Shown here: piece after piece, positions 1 to 12,583 of the stretch
Layout: each line of letters opens with the position of its first letter
Numbering within the stretch: position 1 is the first letter of the stretch
Assembly (NCBI RefSeq): GCF_053078305.1
Contig: NZ_CP166879.1
Length of the DNA: 64,000 bases
Strand: one strand, 5' to 3'
The notes under the pieces: model-generated
What the model was told of the DNA's origin: nothing
The model's input: the letters and a program-made list of their open reading frames with translations, nothing else
The model's database searches: none
Position numbers and translations under genes: made by a program

Positions 1-203
1 CTGGCGATGGGGGCCATAACGCCAATCGTCAGAATGATTATCCCGATACTTAGCCCCTGTTTTTCAATCCACGGGAAAAAGGTGCTTAACGGTGTGACGC
101 GGACAATGATCAACACCAGAATTGAAACGGCGACAGTGGTGTTATGACTGATAAAGCCCAGCGCAGCTAACCCGAGCAGGATCAGCAAAGTGACATCAAA
201 CAT
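1..203 (-). CDS. yeaL: UPF0756 inner-membrane protein YeaL, N-terminal part only; the gene runs off the window start
   Basis: Reverse-strand translation from the ATG at 203..201 reads [68 protein letters not shown], matching remembered YeaL. Absent from the ORF track because it is truncated. Confidence 0.8.
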
Positions 204-372
204 CGTGGTTTCCTTGCCAAAAAATAATAAGCCTGCTTACTTTACGCTTGCTGCAGGAAGGAAGTAGAAAATCTTTACGTTTTTTGCATAAAAAATCAGG
301 CGAACTGTCATCAAACTGCCATTTGTGCACGCTAACAATAACGTGAAAACAGCTATCTCCCGGGGGCATGCT

Positions 373-477
373 ATGAACGATCAAATGTTCGTCGAGACAC
401 TGATTATCACGTCATCGTTTTTTGCCATTGCTGTTGTGCTGGTTTTGTCCGTTCTGCTTATTGAACGGACAGGCTAG
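373..477 (+). CDS. yoaI: Small 34-aa membrane protein YoaI
   Basis: ATG at 373 to TAG at 475-477 translates to [34 protein letters not shown], a single hydrophobic helix. Below the ORF-track size cutoff; read directly from the sequence. Confidence 0.7.
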   Translation: MNDQMFVETLIITSSFFAIAVVLVLSVLLIERTG

Positions 478-981
478 TTACGCAGTGCGGCGGAAATTGA
501 CCAGTTCTGGTTGCGCAATGCGCAAATAATCCGCGGTTTTCAAAATAACGGATTTATCCAGCATGCCTGCATTGAAGGCGATTTCATCAAATCGTTCGAA
601 GAGTAGGGGGTCGGCAACCAGTTTGAGTTTTGGATGGAAGCTGAAAGGGGGGATCGCGCCGAAGACACAGCCTGTGAGTTCATCGACTTCCGCCGGGCTG
701 GCCAACGAAGCGCGTAATCCGCCTATATGGCTGGCGAGTTGGCTCAGATCGGCCTGTTGATCGGCAGCGAGGATCGCCAGAACATGTTGATTTACGCCAT
801 TGCCTTTGACTTTACATACCAGTGCCTTAGCCCCCTGGCCTAAAGCGGTGCCACGAATTTCTGACACCGCTTCACATTTACCTACCGCTTCATGGGTAAC
901 GACGCGGAAGTCTGCACCTTCTTGTGATAATAAAGCGATTAACCGCTGATGCGTCACGCTTCCTTTAGCCATTTCAGTCAT
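478..981 (-). CDS. yeaK: YbaK/ProX-family aminoacyl-tRNA deacylase (167 aa)
   Basis: 167-aa ORF recognised as YeaK; length matches. Confidence 0.9.
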   Translation of the reverse strand: MTEMAKGSVTHQRLIALLSQEGADFRVVTHEAVGKCEAVSEIRGTALGQGAKALVCKVKGNGVNQHVLAILAADQQADLSQLASHIGGLRASLASPAEVDELTGCVFGAIPPFSFHPKLKLVADPLLFERFDEIAFNAGMLDKSVILKTADYLRIAQPELVNFRRTA

Positions 982-1023
982 TTCATGCTCCTGAGATTAC
1001 AAGCAAACAACCACAGAAGGTTA

Positions 1024-2514
1024 TCATGAACGGCTGTTTTTGTTCTGCTTATTGACATATAAACGCTCATCGGAAGCTTTATACGCATCATGTAACGTAT
1101 CGTTTTCTTTCATCGCGTAAATACCGGAAGAGAAGCCGATCTCTTTCTGCGGCGCGATATGTTGCAGACGTTTTTCGATACGTTCAGGCAGTTGTGATGC
1201 AATTTGCGGCGTCGAATCGACAAGAATGATGCAGAATTCATCGCCACCGAGTCGGATGGCATAATCACTTTTACGAATCGATTGTTTAATCGCCTGAGCT
1301 AACAACGTAATCGCTAAATCCCCTTCCTGATGACCGAGGGTGTCATTTATTAGCTTTAACTTGTCCATGTCAATTGCAATAAACATCACCGAAGAACCGG
1401 ATTGCACCAGTTTCTGCAACCGCTGCTCCAGTTCAGGGGTTAAAATTTTGCGATTATACAGTCCAGTCATCGCATCACTAATATTTTCTCGCGACACATT
1501 TTGGTATAAGCGGAAGTGCATCCGCACCATATTCAGCAAAATTAACGCCGTCAAAATCCAGAACAGAACGCTTTTCCACGAAGACGTGATAAAGTAAAGA
1601 ATATCAATGGATAACGAGACACGAATGCCGCCCGGTAAGTCATGGACGTAACTGACATACTGGAACAGATTATCTTCGCTCTGGTTGATGATAATGTCGC
1701 GCCCCGAATCTGTATCGGTTAGCGTGACATTGAGAAAACGCCAGAGGAGAGGGCGGTCATGAGTGTAAAAGATATTCCGCAGATTGTTTTTGTTAATATC
1801 CAGCAGCACAATCCCTTTTAGCTGCCCTGCAACATACACCGGCGTCAGCAAACTCATCACGTTCTGTTTAGTACGCTGATCCTGGTAAATGCTCGACAAT
1901 ACGGTACGCCCGGTAAATACCTTTTCAATATCTTTGCGATCGATGCCAATACTTCCTGACTGCAGGAAGGACCAGTTATTCATCGCAAAGTATTCAACAT
2001 TAACCGGCTCATAAAAATAGACATAGCGGTCATTGAGATCGAGATAATAGTGAAATTTCTCTTCGGCCATCCCAAGACCTGAACCGTAATCATCCTGGTG
2101 GCGGTTGCCTTCCACTGCCTGATCAAAAGCGGGTAATAGTGCTGCAGCTTCCACAATTGTGTCGCAGTCAGTGGATGCGGTTTGTAGTGTGCCGCGTAAG
2201 CCCGGGTATTTATGGGCAGTCAGGTTTAAGCCATGGGTATTATTGGCAGACTCAAAAGCCTCGCAGATGGCGCGCCGCTGTTCTGGCGACACTTCCGACT
2301 GCTCAGCAGCGAGAGCGCGCATCACATGCGCGGCAATACTCTGATTCTGATACTTATCATAAAGAAAGGAGGAGTCTGCTTTCTGCACGATATAGCGCAG
2401 ATAGGCACTCATTGCTCTGTCGCTGGCGACAAGTTCAAAAATAAGGAAGGAAGATGTCAGCACAATGACACTTGCGGCGATAAAATGCCGGAGCATTCTA
2501 TGGTGCAATTTCAT
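1024..2514 (-). CDS. dgcJ: Diguanylate cyclase DgcJ (496 aa) with canonical GGDEF motif
   Basis: The track ORF (1024..2694) contains RLGGDEF near its C-terminus. Start chosen at the internal ATG (MKLHHRMLRHF...) at 2514, giving the 496 aa remembered for YeaJ. Confidence 0.9.
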   Translation of the reverse strand: MKLHHRMLRHFIAASVIVLTSSFLIFELVASDRAMSAYLRYIVQKADSSFLYDKYQNQSIAAHVMRALAAEQSEVSPEQRRAICEAFESANNTHGLNLTAHKYPGLRGTLQTASTDCDTIVEAAALLPAFDQAVEGNRHQDDYGSGLGMAEEKFHYYLDLNDRYVYFYEPVNVEYFAMNNWSFLQSGSIGIDRKDIEKVFTGRTVLSSIYQDQRTKQNVMSLLTPVYVAGQLKGIVLLDINKNNLRNIFYTHDRPLLWRFLNVTLTDTDSGRDIIINQSEDNLFQYVSYVHDLPGGIRVSLSIDILYFITSSWKSVLFWILTALILLNMVRMHFRLYQNVSRENISDAMTGLYNRKILTPELEQRLQKLVQSGSSVMFIAIDMDKLKLINDTLGHQEGDLAITLLAQAIKQSIRKSDYAIRLGGDEFCIILVDSTPQIASQLPERIEKRLQHIAPQKEIGFSSGIYAMKENDTLHDAYKASDERLYVNKQNKNSRS

Positions 2515-2694
2515 GATAAATGGCACTCCTTCGGTTAGTGAAACGAGAAAACCAGATAAAGTTCGATTGCGGCCTGGCACAGGGGCGCTAATTATACTCA
2601 TCTCTGCGCCGCTGGGGAGGGGAAATTTAGGGGTAATAGTAATAAATTGTATGCAAAAGCCACGCAAAAAGCATGGCTCTGAATATTTTTGCAC

Positions 2695-4170
2695 TTAAAT
2701 ATGATGAATAATCACTTTGTTGCCCCCCTCGCTTTTCGCTTCGCGTAAGGCTTTATCTGCTTCCGTCATGACAAGCGAGATATTACGCGTGTCACCCGTT
2801 GAAAAAACCGTGCCAATACTGATGGTCATTTGTTCAGGAACATCATATCTGTTACTAAAGCCGGTCAGGAGTTCGACATTTTTACGCATACGTTCCGCAA
2901 TGATTTTTGCCTGGGCACTATTGAGTTCGGTAAATAGCAAGCCAAACACCTCACCCTCCAGTCGCGCTAAAATATCATCGGGGCGGATGCTTTGCTGGAT
3001 AATATCGACAATTGAAACCAGCACTTTATCACCCACACGATGTCCCCATTGGGCATTGATGCGTTTGAACTGATTAATATCAACCAGCATGACACAGAAG
3101 TCCTTAACAACAGGTCGCGACAATAATGACTCTACGCTGTTGAAAAAGTAGCGCCGATTGTAAATATTGGTCAGCACATCATGAACTGCCAGTTTGCTGG
3201 AGAGTTGCAGCTCCTGAAAAATGTTATAAATCAGAAAAGACACAACAAACAGTTTACTGGAGACTTCAATCCCGCGACTGATATACCAGATGGTATAATT
3301 ATACTCATCCAGAGTCAGTAGAAGTAAGTTGCAGCATAGCGATGCCAGACATAATAATGCTATTAACGGCCATAGTTCGCTGGCTAATCGTGTACGCATG
3401 ATAATAAAGAACAGTAAAAATGCCCACAGACAAACCAATATTTTTGTATAGTTGATTCCCCAGGTCGCAGTATGGTTGTCCGGACAGTAATCGACGACAT
3501 ACAAAGAATAGTCAGCGTTATAACTGCTCAGATTGTGTGCCAGAAGGGGAAAAACTAAAAAAGGAATCAGCGCCAGCAACAGAATGCCAGTTTTTTTCTT
3601 ATTGTTGTCAAGGATGTTGTCTTTTCCATAACAAAAGAGCGCCAGCGAGGTTAAACAAATAAAACTGAGTTGGCGGAAAATATAGAAAATAGAAACATCA
3701 TTCGACTTTGTCTGGATCAGTGTACTGCCGTTAATTGGTTTATGGATAATTACAATGGTTTCAACTAAATAGATAAGGCCACTTAAAAATGCAAGGCTTA
3801 AAATGAGTGTTGGTAAAATTTGTTTGTTAGTGAAATATTTCATTAACATGAAAAGAAAAATGACGGCGTTAAGGAAAAACAAAGCCACAACAACCATCAG
3901 GTAATTCATCTGTGGGATGAGTTTTACATTTGTGTTTTCGTTATATAAGGTAGTAATGCAAAATAAAATTAACGTCAGCAATAAACTGAAAATAAAAAAG
4001 CTTTGAGCTTTTAATTTTTGTGTACCCATAGAAACCATAAAAAGGAGAGCAATGTGAGTGCTGGATTTTATTGATGGCAGAGATATATAGTTTTGACCAA
4101 GATCAATTTTCGTTAACGATAAAAAATATTTAAAGAATAACCCCAGGGAAATACGTGTTGACAGAATAAT
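2695..4170 (-). CDS. dgcI: GGDEF-domain protein DgcI/YeaI with degenerate active-site motif (EGEVF); membrane N-terminal domain
   Basis: The ATG-initiated ORF is 2695..4038 (447 aa) and carries RLEGEVF in place of GGDEF. The frame stays open upstream to 4284 with no in-frame ATG/GTG/TTG. The remembered 491-aa length would put the first codon at 4168-4170, which here reads ATT. The start coordinate is therefore uncertain; the stop at 2695 is firm. Confidence 0.8.
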   Translation of the reverse strand: MILSTRISLGLFFKYFLSLTKIDLGQNYISLPSIKSSTHIALLFMVSMGTQKLKAQSFFIFSLLLTLILFCITTLYNENTNVKLIPQMNYLMVVVALFFLNAVIFLFMLMKYFTNKQILPTLILSLAFLSGLIYLVETIVIIHKPINGSTLIQTKSNDVSIFYIFRQLSFICLTSLALFCYGKDNILDNNKKKTGILLLALIPFLVFPLLAHNLSSYNADYSLYVVDYCPDNHTATWGINYTKILVCLWAFLLFFIIMRTRLASELWPLIALLCLASLCCNLLLLTLDEYNYTIWYISRGIEVSSKLFVVSFLIYNIFQELQLSSKLAVHDVLTNIYNRRYFFNSVESLLSRPVVKDFCVMLVDINQFKRINAQWGHRVGDKVLVSIVDIIQQSIRPDDILARLEGEVFGLLFTELNSAQAKIIAERMRKNVELLTGFSNRYDVPEQMTISIGTVFSTGDTRNISLVMTEADKALREAKSEGGNKVIIHHI

Positions 4171-4316
4171 TTTTCCGAATGATTGTTTTCTGGAACTAAA
4201 TTGTGTAAAGGTTATGCTGTCATATTTAAAGCGATTGTAAGCTAATGTATGTAATAAATGAGATAATTTACAGTGAGCTAAAAATCAGCCAGGCGATAAT
4301 GACCCGGCTGATAGTT

Positions 4317-5612
<1,296 letters not shown>

Positions 5613-5712
5613 CTACATTTGCCAACTGTATGCTACGCCTGTGTTGCCATTTCTCTGGCCCACGGTTCGCTGTCGTTGTAGGCCCGGTAGCATGTGTACC
5701 GGGCCAGGGTTG

Positions 5713-7647
5713 TTAAGACGATTTACGTACGCGCAAATACCATTCGCACAGTAAACGCACCTGTTTACGGGTGTAGCCTTTTTCCATCATACGGTCGACA
5801 AAGTCGTCGTGTTTCTTCTGCTCGTCGGTTGACGTTTTGGCGTTAAACGAGATAACCGGCAACAGCTCCTCGGTATTGGAGAACATTTTCTTCTCGATAA
5901 CCGTGCGCAGTTTTTCATAGCTGGTCCAGTTCGGATTGCGTCCGCTGTTATTGGCTCTGGCGCGCAGTACGAAGTTAACAATCTCGTTGCGGAAATCTTT
6001 TGGATTACTGATCCCCGCCGGTTTCTCGATTTTCTCCAGCTCGGCGTTAAGAGACTCGCGGTCAAACAGCTGCCCGGTATCCGGATCGCGATACTCCTGA
6101 TCCTGAATCCAGAAATCCGCGTAGGTAACATAACGGTCGAAAATGTTTTGCCCATATTCGGAATAGGATTCAAGGTAGGCCGTCTGGATCTCTTTGCCAA
6201 TAAACTCGGCATATTTCGGGATCAGATAACCTTTCAGGAACTCCAGATAGCGTTCTGCCTGCTCTTGTGGGAACTGCTCGCGCTCGATCTGCTGTTCCAG
6301 GACGTAGAACAGATGGACCGGGTTTGCCGCCACTTCTACATGATCGAAGTTGAACACGCGGGAGAGGATCTTAAACGCAAAACGCGTCGACAGACCGTTC
6401 ATCCCTTCATCGACACCGGCGTAGTCACGATATTCCTGATACGACTTGGCTTTGGGATCGGTGTCTTTCAGACTTTCGCCATCATAAACCCGCATCTTTG
6501 AATAAATGCTGGAGTTTTCTGGCTCTTTCAGGCGCGAAAGAATGGAAAAACGTGACAGTGTTTCGAGCGTGCCAGGGGCGCATGGGGCGTGAGTCAATTC
6601 ACTGTGATTAAGCAATTTCTCGTAGATTTTTATCTCTTCGGAAATGCGCAAGCAATACGGCACCTTCACGATGTAAACACGATCGAGGAAGGCTTCGTTG
6701 TTTTTGTTATTACGGAAAGTGACCCATTCGGACTCGTTCGAGTGGGCAAGAATAATCCCGTTGAACGGCAGGGCGGAGATACCTTCCGTCCCGTTGTAGT
6801 TACCTTCCTGAGTGGCGGTTAACAGCGGATGCAGCACTTTAATCGGTGCTTTAAACATCTCAACGAATTCCATGATCCCCTGGTTGGCGCGGCACAGTGC
6901 GCCGGAATAGCCATAGGCGTCTGGGTCATTCTGCGCGTAGTGTTCGAGTTTACGAATATCGACTTTCCCTACCAGCGCGGAGATGTCCTGGTTGTTCTCA
7001 TCACCGGGCTCTGTTTTGGCGATAGCAATTTGTTGCAGAATGGACGGCCAGACCTTCACTACCCGGAACTTAGTAATATCGCCACCAAATTCATGCAGAC
7101 GTTTTGCCGCCCACGGCGACATGATGGTGCCGAGATAGCGGCGAGGAATGCCATACTCTTTTTCCAGAATCTGCGCATCTTCCTGCGGATTGAAAAGACA
7201 GAACGGATGATCGTTGACCGGGCTACGCTCACCGTTGGCGCTCAATACATAAATCGGTACGAGCTGCATTAATGATTTCAGTCGCTCAGCAAGCGATGAT
7301 TTACCCCCACCCACAGGCCCCAGCAGATACAGGATTTGTTTCTTCTCTTCCAGCCCCTGAGCCGCGTGTTTCAGATAAGAGACAATCTGTTCAATCGCGT
7401 CTTCCATGCCGTAAAACTCTTCAAATGCCGGATAACGTGCAATGACCCGGTTAGAAAAGAGTCGAGAAAGTCTGGGTTCCTGGGCTGTATCGACCATGAC
7501 AGGCTCACCGATAGCCATCAATAGCCGCTCAGCCGCGTTGGCATAAGCACTGCGATCTTGCCGACAAGTGGTAAGAAACTCCTGCAGTGTGAACTCTTCG
7601 TCCTTGGCAGCTTCATATCGCTGGCGATAGTGATCGAATATATTCAT
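5713..7647 (-). CDS. yeaG: PrkA-family serine protein kinase YeaG (644 aa)
   Basis: 644-aa ORF with a Walker-A-like GPVGGGKSS motif; recognised as YeaG. Confidence 0.95.
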   Translation of the reverse strand: MNIFDHYRQRYEAAKDEEFTLQEFLTTCRQDRSAYANAAERLLMAIGEPVMVDTAQEPRLSRLFSNRVIARYPAFEEFYGMEDAIEQIVSYLKHAAQGLEEKKQILYLLGPVGGGKSSLAERLKSLMQLVPIYVLSANGERSPVNDHPFCLFNPQEDAQILEKEYGIPRRYLGTIMSPWAAKRLHEFGGDITKFRVVKVWPSILQQIAIAKTEPGDENNQDISALVGKVDIRKLEHYAQNDPDAYGYSGALCRANQGIMEFVEMFKAPIKVLHPLLTATQEGNYNGTEGISALPFNGIILAHSNESEWVTFRNNKNNEAFLDRVYIVKVPYCLRISEEIKIYEKLLNHSELTHAPCAPGTLETLSRFSILSRLKEPENSSIYSKMRVYDGESLKDTDPKAKSYQEYRDYAGVDEGMNGLSTRFAFKILSRVFNFDHVEVAANPVHLFYVLEQQIEREQFPQEQAERYLEFLKGYLIPKYAEFIGKEIQTAYLESYSEYGQNIFDRYVTYADFWIQDQEYRDPDTGQLFDRESLNAELEKIEKPAGISNPKDFRNEIVNFVLRARANNSGRNPNWTSYEKLRTVIEKKMFSNTEELLPVISFNAKTSTDEQKKHDDFVDRMMEKGYTRKQVRLLCEWYLRVRKSS

Positions 7648-8082
7648 GGTATGCCGTCCTTTCGTTTTTTAGCACAGGTTAAGAGCCGTTCATATGAATA
7701 GTAGAGGCTCCCGGAAGAGGTAAACTGAACGACGTCTCTTGCTAAAACACAGCAACTCTCATGCCATTTTATCGACGATGAGAACAACGTGCCCGGTGAT
7801 ACACCTTCAAAATTAAGCGTAGATGGCAAATGGAAAACTTGCCTGCACGGCTTTCTTAATTTCAATGGCATATCAACAACTCATCCATAAATTTTGCATA
7901 ATTAATGTAAAGACCAGGGTCGCCAGTAACGTTAAATTCATTTGGCTGTAAGCGCGGTGTCATCCGCGTCAGGAAAATTAAACAGTTACTTTAAAAAATG
8001 AAAACGTAAAAAGGTTGGGTTTCGATGTATTGACGGGTAAACTTTGTCGCCCGCTAAACATTTGTTTAAGGAATGATTAATT

Positions 8083-8829
8083 GTGACCAAACTCAAACTT
8101 CTGGCACTTGGAGTGCTTATCGCAACGTCTGCAGGCGTAGCGCACGCTGAAGGTAAATTTTCCCTGGGCGCAGGCGTAGGTGTCGTTGAACACCCATATA
8201 AAGATTACGATACCGATGTTTACCCAGTACCGGTAATCAACTATGAAGGCGATAACTTCTGGTTCCGTGGCTTAGGTGGTGGTTACTACCTGTGGAATGA
8301 CGCAACGGATAAACTTTCAATTACCGCTTACTGGTCGCCGCTTTACTTCAAAGCTAAAGACAGTGGCGATCACCAAATGCGTCACCTGGATGACCGTAAG
8401 AGCACCATGATGGCTGGTCTGTCTTATGCTCACTTTACCCAGTACGGTTACCTGCGTACCACCCTGGCTGGCGATACCCTGGATAACAGCAACGGCATCG
8501 TCTGGGATATGGCCTGGTTGTATCGTTACACCAACGGTGGCCTGACCGTGACTCCGGGTATTGGTGTGCAGTGGAACAGCGAAAACCAGAACGAATACTA
8601 TTATGGCGTATCGCGCAAAGAGTCCGCTCGCAGCGGTCTGCGTGGCTATAACCCGAACGACAGCTGGAGCCCTTACCTGGAGCTGAGCGCCAGCTACAAC
8701 TTCCTCGGCGACTGGAGTGTTTACGGTACCGCGCGCTACACCCGTCTGTCTGATGAAGTTACTGACAGCCCGATGGTGGATAAATCCTGGACTGGCCTGA
8801 TTTCTACCGGGATCACCTACAAATTCTGA
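8083..8829 (+). CDS. mipA: MltA-interacting outer-membrane scaffold protein MipA (248 aa)
   Basis: GTG-initiated 248-aa ORF with an N-terminal signal peptide (MTKLKLLALGVLIATSAGVAHA) and beta-barrel-like composition ending in aromatic F. Confidence 0.9.
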   Translation: MTKLKLLALGVLIATSAGVAHAEGKFSLGAGVGVVEHPYKDYDTDVYPVPVINYEGDNFWFRGLGGGYYLWNDATDKLSITAYWSPLYFKAKDSGDHQMRHLDDRKSTMMAGLSYAHFTQYGYLRTTLAGDTLDNSNGIVWDMAWLYRYTNGGLTVTPGIGVQWNSENQNEYYYGVSRKESARSGLRGYNPNDSWSPYLELSASYNFLGDWSVYGTARYTRLSDEVTDSPMVDKSWTGLISTGITYKF

Positions 8830-8860
8830 TAATGCATCTTTCCAGGGCATTTTGTGCATA

Positions 8861-8886
8861 AAAACAGGGCGTCACGCCCTGTTTTG
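8861..8886 (+). terminator. Rho-independent terminator downstream of mipA
   Basis: Stem aacagggcg / cgccctgtt with loop tca, flanked by an A-run and a T-run; 32 nt after the mipA stop. Confidence 0.65.
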
Positions 8887-8918
8887 CATTACGGTGGTGC
8901 AATACCTGGGAGGAAACA

Positions 8919-9773
8919 ATGCAACAAAAAATGATTCAATTTAGTGGCGATGTCTCACTGCCAGCCATAGGGCAGGGAACATGGTATATGGGCGAAGATG
9001 CCAGTAAGTGTAAAACAGAAGTTGCTGCACTACGCGCGGGCATTGAGCTCGGTTTAACCCTCATTGATACCGCCGAAATGTATGCCGATGGTGGTGCCGA
9101 AAAGGTGGTTGGGGAAGCATTAACCGGTCTGCGTGATAACGTCTTTCTCGTCTCTAAAGTCTATCCGTGGAATGCTGGCGGGCAAAAAGCGATAAATGCA
9201 TGCGAAGCCAGTTTACGCCGTCTCAATACTGATTATCTCGATCTCTACTTATTACACTGGTCTGGCAGTTTCGCTTTTGAAGAGACTGTCGCAGCGATGG
9301 AAAAATTGATCGCCCAAGGAAAAATCCGCCGCTGGGGCGTTTCGAACCTTGATTATGCTGATATGCAGGAACTCTGGCAGCTGACGGGGGGAAATCAGTG
9401 TGCCACTAATCAGGTGCTTTACCATCTCGGTTCACGAGGGATTGAGTACGATCTACTCCCCTGGTGCCAGCAACAGCAGATGCCGGTGATGGCTTACAGT
9501 CCGTTAGCCCAGGCCGGGCGGTTGCGCAATGGACTGTTAAAAAACGCGGTAGTCAACGAAATTGCACATGCTCACAATATCAGCGCGGCACAAGTATTGT
9601 TGGCGTGGGTAATCAGCCATCAGGGTGTGATGGCGATTCCAAAAGCGGCCACGATTGCCCATGTCCAACAGAATGCGGCTGTGCTTGAGGTCGAACTTTC
9701 GTCAGCGGAATTAGCCATGCTGGACAAAGCATATCCGGCACCAAAAGGAAAAACTGCGCTGGATATGGTGTGA
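8919..9773 (+). CDS. yeaE: Aldo-keto reductase YeaE (284 aa)
   Basis: 284-aa ORF of the aldo-keto reductase family, recognised as YeaE. Confidence 0.9.
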   Translation: MQQKMIQFSGDVSLPAIGQGTWYMGEDASKCKTEVAALRAGIELGLTLIDTAEMYADGGAEKVVGEALTGLRDNVFLVSKVYPWNAGGQKAINACEASLRRLNTDYLDLYLLHWSGSFAFEETVAAMEKLIAQGKIRRWGVSNLDYADMQELWQLTGGNQCATNQVLYHLGSRGIEYDLLPWCQQQQMPVMAYSPLAQAGRLRNGLLKNAVVNEIAHAHNISAAQVLLAWVISHQGVMAIPKAATIAHVQQNAAVLEVELSSAELAMLDKAYPAPKGKTALDMV

Positions 9774-9823
9774 TGTTGATACGTGCCGGATGCATCGCAC
9801 CCGGCACACAACATTAACGTAAA

Positions 9824-10708
9824 TTAACGTTTCGCAACGCGAATGGATTGCGCCAGATGTGCAGGTTTTTCTTTGGTCACTTTTTGCGTTTCTGAAGCGT
9901 AAGCCGTTTCTACACAAACAAAGGTCTTGTAGCCATCGTCCGGCATATCGCCCATGCTAACTGAAAGCGCCGGTCCCGGGTTCCAGCCTACAACGTTCAG
10001 ATGATGCTGGTGGCCTACGGCGATAATACGATTCAGCGCTTCATCATTAATCACGCTGCAATCTTGCGGATTCAGATATACGCGATCGGTACGGTCAGGG
10101 AAGGTCTGAATACCGTCGATCAGTACATCTTCTTTCGCGTCATTTACTTTATCAATGAAGCGATCGCCCAGCCCACTGACGCTTACCTTAGCGATATCAC
10201 CCACGTTAAAGTAGGTATGCAGGGCAGAGGTGGTTTCAAATTCGCCGTGTGCTTCAAGATCGATTTCACAGGTTTTACCCACGCGGAAATGCGCTAACAG
10301 CGTAAAGTCGTGCGGCCAGAATTTTTTCGTCTCTTCGCTTTGTGTCAATTCAAAAGTCAGCGCTACGCCATCAGCATCTTCACGATGTGATTTCAGCGTC
10401 CACGGCAGGTTGCGGGCAAAACCGTGCGCAGGCAGGCCTTGTTGTGCCGCCGGACCAAACCACGGCCAGCAAACCGGTACGCCACCGCGAATAGCGACGC
10501 CATTTTTGAACGGTGTGTTGTTGCTCAACCACAGAACTTCTTCTTCACCCGCAGGTTTCCACGAGAGAAGGTGTGCGCCCTGTAATGCAAAAGAGGCTTT
10601 TACCTGGGGATGATCGACCACAATGAGGTCCAGTTCATCCAGTTTACGACGGGAGAGGACAGGGGAGATTTGTTCGATGACCGGAAGGGCAAAAATTTTC
10701 TTAATCAT
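9824..10708 (-). CDS. yeaD: Putative glucose-6-phosphate 1-epimerase YeaD (294 aa)
   Basis: Track ORF 9824..10729; start chosen at the internal ATG (MIKKIFALPV...) at 10708 to give 294 aa. Confidence 0.85.
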   Translation of the reverse strand: MIKKIFALPVIEQISPVLSRRKLDELDLIVVDHPQVKASFALQGAHLLSWKPAGEEEVLWLSNNTPFKNGVAIRGGVPVCWPWFGPAAQQGLPAHGFARNLPWTLKSHREDADGVALTFELTQSEETKKFWPHDFTLLAHFRVGKTCEIDLEAHGEFETTSALHTYFNVGDIAKVSVSGLGDRFIDKVNDAKEDVLIDGIQTFPDRTDRVYLNPQDCSVINDEALNRIIAVGHQHHLNVVGWNPGPALSVSMGDMPDDGYKTFVCVETAYASETQKVTKEKPAHLAQSIRVAKR

Positions 10709-10738
10709 GACGCAGTCCTTTAACTTCATTTTATCAGG

Positions 10739-10771
10739 TAAAAAAAAGAGCGACCGAAGTCGCTCTTTTTA
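10739..10771 (-). terminator. Intrinsic terminator hairpin immediately downstream of gapA, bidirectional in shape
   Basis: aaaaaaaaGAGCGACcgaaGTCGCTCttttt; on the gapA strand the hairpin is followed by a T8 run. Confidence 0.7.
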
Positions 10772-10791
10772 GATCACAGTGTCATCTCAAC

Positions 10792-11799
<1,008 letters not shown>

Positions 11800-12128
11800 C
11801 TATTTGTTAGTGAATAAAAGGTTGCCTGTAAAATTACAAAAACCTTACGCAGCGTCAAGCGGAATCGTGTCAATCATTGCGACAAATCAATCCTGTGCCT
11901 AAGCATTACGCGACTGACTCGCCTCACTCTTCCTTTGGGCTTGAGACCACATGGGGTCGGCGCCCCGAATTTTAAAGGGCAATTACGATAAAAATGTGAT
12001 TTTCATCACGATTTAGGTGCAGCCATTTCGTCGAGATCAAGTTTAGGACAAAATTTTGCCAGTTGGTGTTAATGTTTTGTTAGAATCAGTCACGTAATGT
12101 GAGCACGATTAAAGTGAGATGTGAGCAA

Positions 12129-12542
12129 ATGGCTAATAAACCTTCGGCAGAAGAACTGAAAAAAAATTTGTCCGAGATGCAGTTTTACGTGACGCAGAAT
12201 CATGGGACAGAGCCGCCATTTACGGGTCGTTTACTCCATAACAAGCGTGACGGCGTATATCACTGTTTGATCTGCGATGCCCCGCTGTTTCATTCCCAAA
12301 CCAAGTATGATTCCGGCTGTGGCTGGCCCAGTTTCTACGAACCGGTGAGTGAAGAATCCATTCGTTATATCAAAGACTTGTCACATGGAATGCAGCGCAT
12401 AGAAATTCGTTGCGGTAACTGTGATGCCCATCTGGGGCATGTCTTCCCTGACGGGCCGCAGCCAACGGGCGAACGTTATTGTGTTAACTCTGCTTCTTTA
12501 CGCTTCACTGATGGTGAAAACGGCGAAGAAATCAACGGTTGA
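12129..12542 (+). CDS. msrB: Peptide methionine-R-sulfoxide reductase MsrB (137 aa)
   Basis: Internal ATG at 12129 gives [12 protein letters not shown]... with the two CxxC zinc motifs (CLICDAP, CGNCDAH). Confidence 0.9.
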
Positions 12543-12583
12543 AAAAACGATTCAGCAACTTATTCCACAGGAGCGGAAAAATT

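Noticed and set aside
196-384. 62-aa reverse-strand ORF overlapping the yoaI region
   Set aside because: No recognisable protein features. It overlaps the well-supported yeaL start and the yoaI small-protein gene on the opposite strand; most likely a chance ORF.
1024-2694. N-terminally extended track ORFs (yeaJ 556 aa, ansA 385 aa, sppA 666 aa, topB 672 aa, ydjY 279 aa and others)
   Set aside because: The extensions are low-complexity and lack a Shine-Dalgarno. Internal starts reproduce the known protein N-termini and lengths, so the shorter forms were annotated.
7648-8082. Search for a sigma-54 -24/-12 element upstream of yeaG
   Set aside because: Only weak GG-N10-GC matches (for example GGGCACgttgtTCTCA), none near consensus. 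No promoter is called from sequence alone.
9783-9807. Hairpin (GTGCCGG...CCGGCAC) between yeaE and yeaD, considered as an intrinsic terminator
   Set aside because: The stem is present but no U-tract follows on either strand, so it is not a convincing intrinsic terminator; it may be REP-like or a stability element.
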